Assembly: GCA_023229505.1 (NCBI GenBank)
Contig: JALNZD010000001.1
Coordinates: 130,823 to 194,822, forward strand
DNA from: Bacteroidales bacterium
GTDB lineage: Bacteria; Bacteroidota; Bacteroidia; Bacteroidales; JAGOPY01
Reading direction: 5' to 3'
DNA length: 64,000 nt
Positions 63,907 to 64,000 of this stretch are shown in pieces. The notes below the pieces were generated by a model. The model had not been told where the DNA came from. It ran no database searches and saw nothing but the letters and a program-made list of their open reading frames with translations. Every line of letters starts with the position of its first letter. Position 1 is the first letter of the stretch. The translations under genes and the position numbers were made by a program.

Positions 63907-64000
63907 TGAGAAAAATAGAAGAGAACTTGGATTTTTTGAACATAAATTGAAAATTAGTTGTAATATTACTTTACTTTTTCAGCACAGATTTAAATGGGTT

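Noticed and set aside
62806-64000. Terminal inverted repeats and target duplications for the IS5-family element. Also the weak TTCCAGG TTCCAAC pair at 62806-62819.
   Set aside because: I found only a 6-nt match (AGTTCT) between the flanks, which is not convincing. The two-unit pair is too short to call an array.

Overview
This looks like a 64-kb chromosomal segment from a Bacteroidota-like genome. The supporting signs are five secreted proteins with T9SS C-terminal sorting domains, a complete Bat/MoxR aerotolerance-type operon, TAnnTTTG -7 promoter boxes, and no Shine-Dalgarno signals. I saw no rRNA, tRNA or CRISPR by eye.

Gene content, left to right:
- 1-6300, all on the minus strand, lower G+C: a metal and sulfur islet. 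It holds the cusA 5' end, a triple-HMBD protein, a Met-rich protein, a Cys-rich HYC/CC protein, two DsrE-like proteins, a monoheme cytochrome c, a SHOCT gene with an in-frame TAG, an SQR-like flavoprotein and arsR. The islet ends at an IS200-like tnpA stub.
- 6570-14989: moxR, DUF58, a membrane protein, then batA-E.
- 15265-20610: two large T9SS cargo proteins.
- 21915-31982: housekeeping genes ung, rdgB, ddl, a PASTA protein, rluD, mazG and a peroxiredoxin.
- 32093-36283: a TolC / FtsX permease / HlyD adaptor operon with no ATPase gene.
- 36309-43139: a second moxR, a SurA/PpiD-type chaperone row, and guaB.
- 43242-45296: T9SS type-B cargo.
- 45429-50259: glyA, a low-GC lipoprotein plus radical SAM/SPASM pair, and a T9SS M1 peptidase.
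- 50398-54579: a low-GC three-gene cassette.
- 54586-62805: sixA-like, ppk1, and a Moco cluster (moeA, moaA, moaC, TPR, MOSC-mogA).
- 62918-63864: a decayed IS5-family transposase.

Two things deserve a second look:
1. Many intergenic spacers are built almost wholly from head-to-tail short words with a 7-nt period. One array has period 8 and one has period 4. This resembles cyanobacterial STRR heptamers, and no standard feature class explains it.
2. The low-GC cassette at 50398-54579 encodes a 3-TM membrane protein, a signal-less S8 subtilase and a 674-aa secreted protein, and I cannot place the two non-protease genes in any family.

All calls rest on my own reading of the ORF translations and the DNA. 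No database searches were run.
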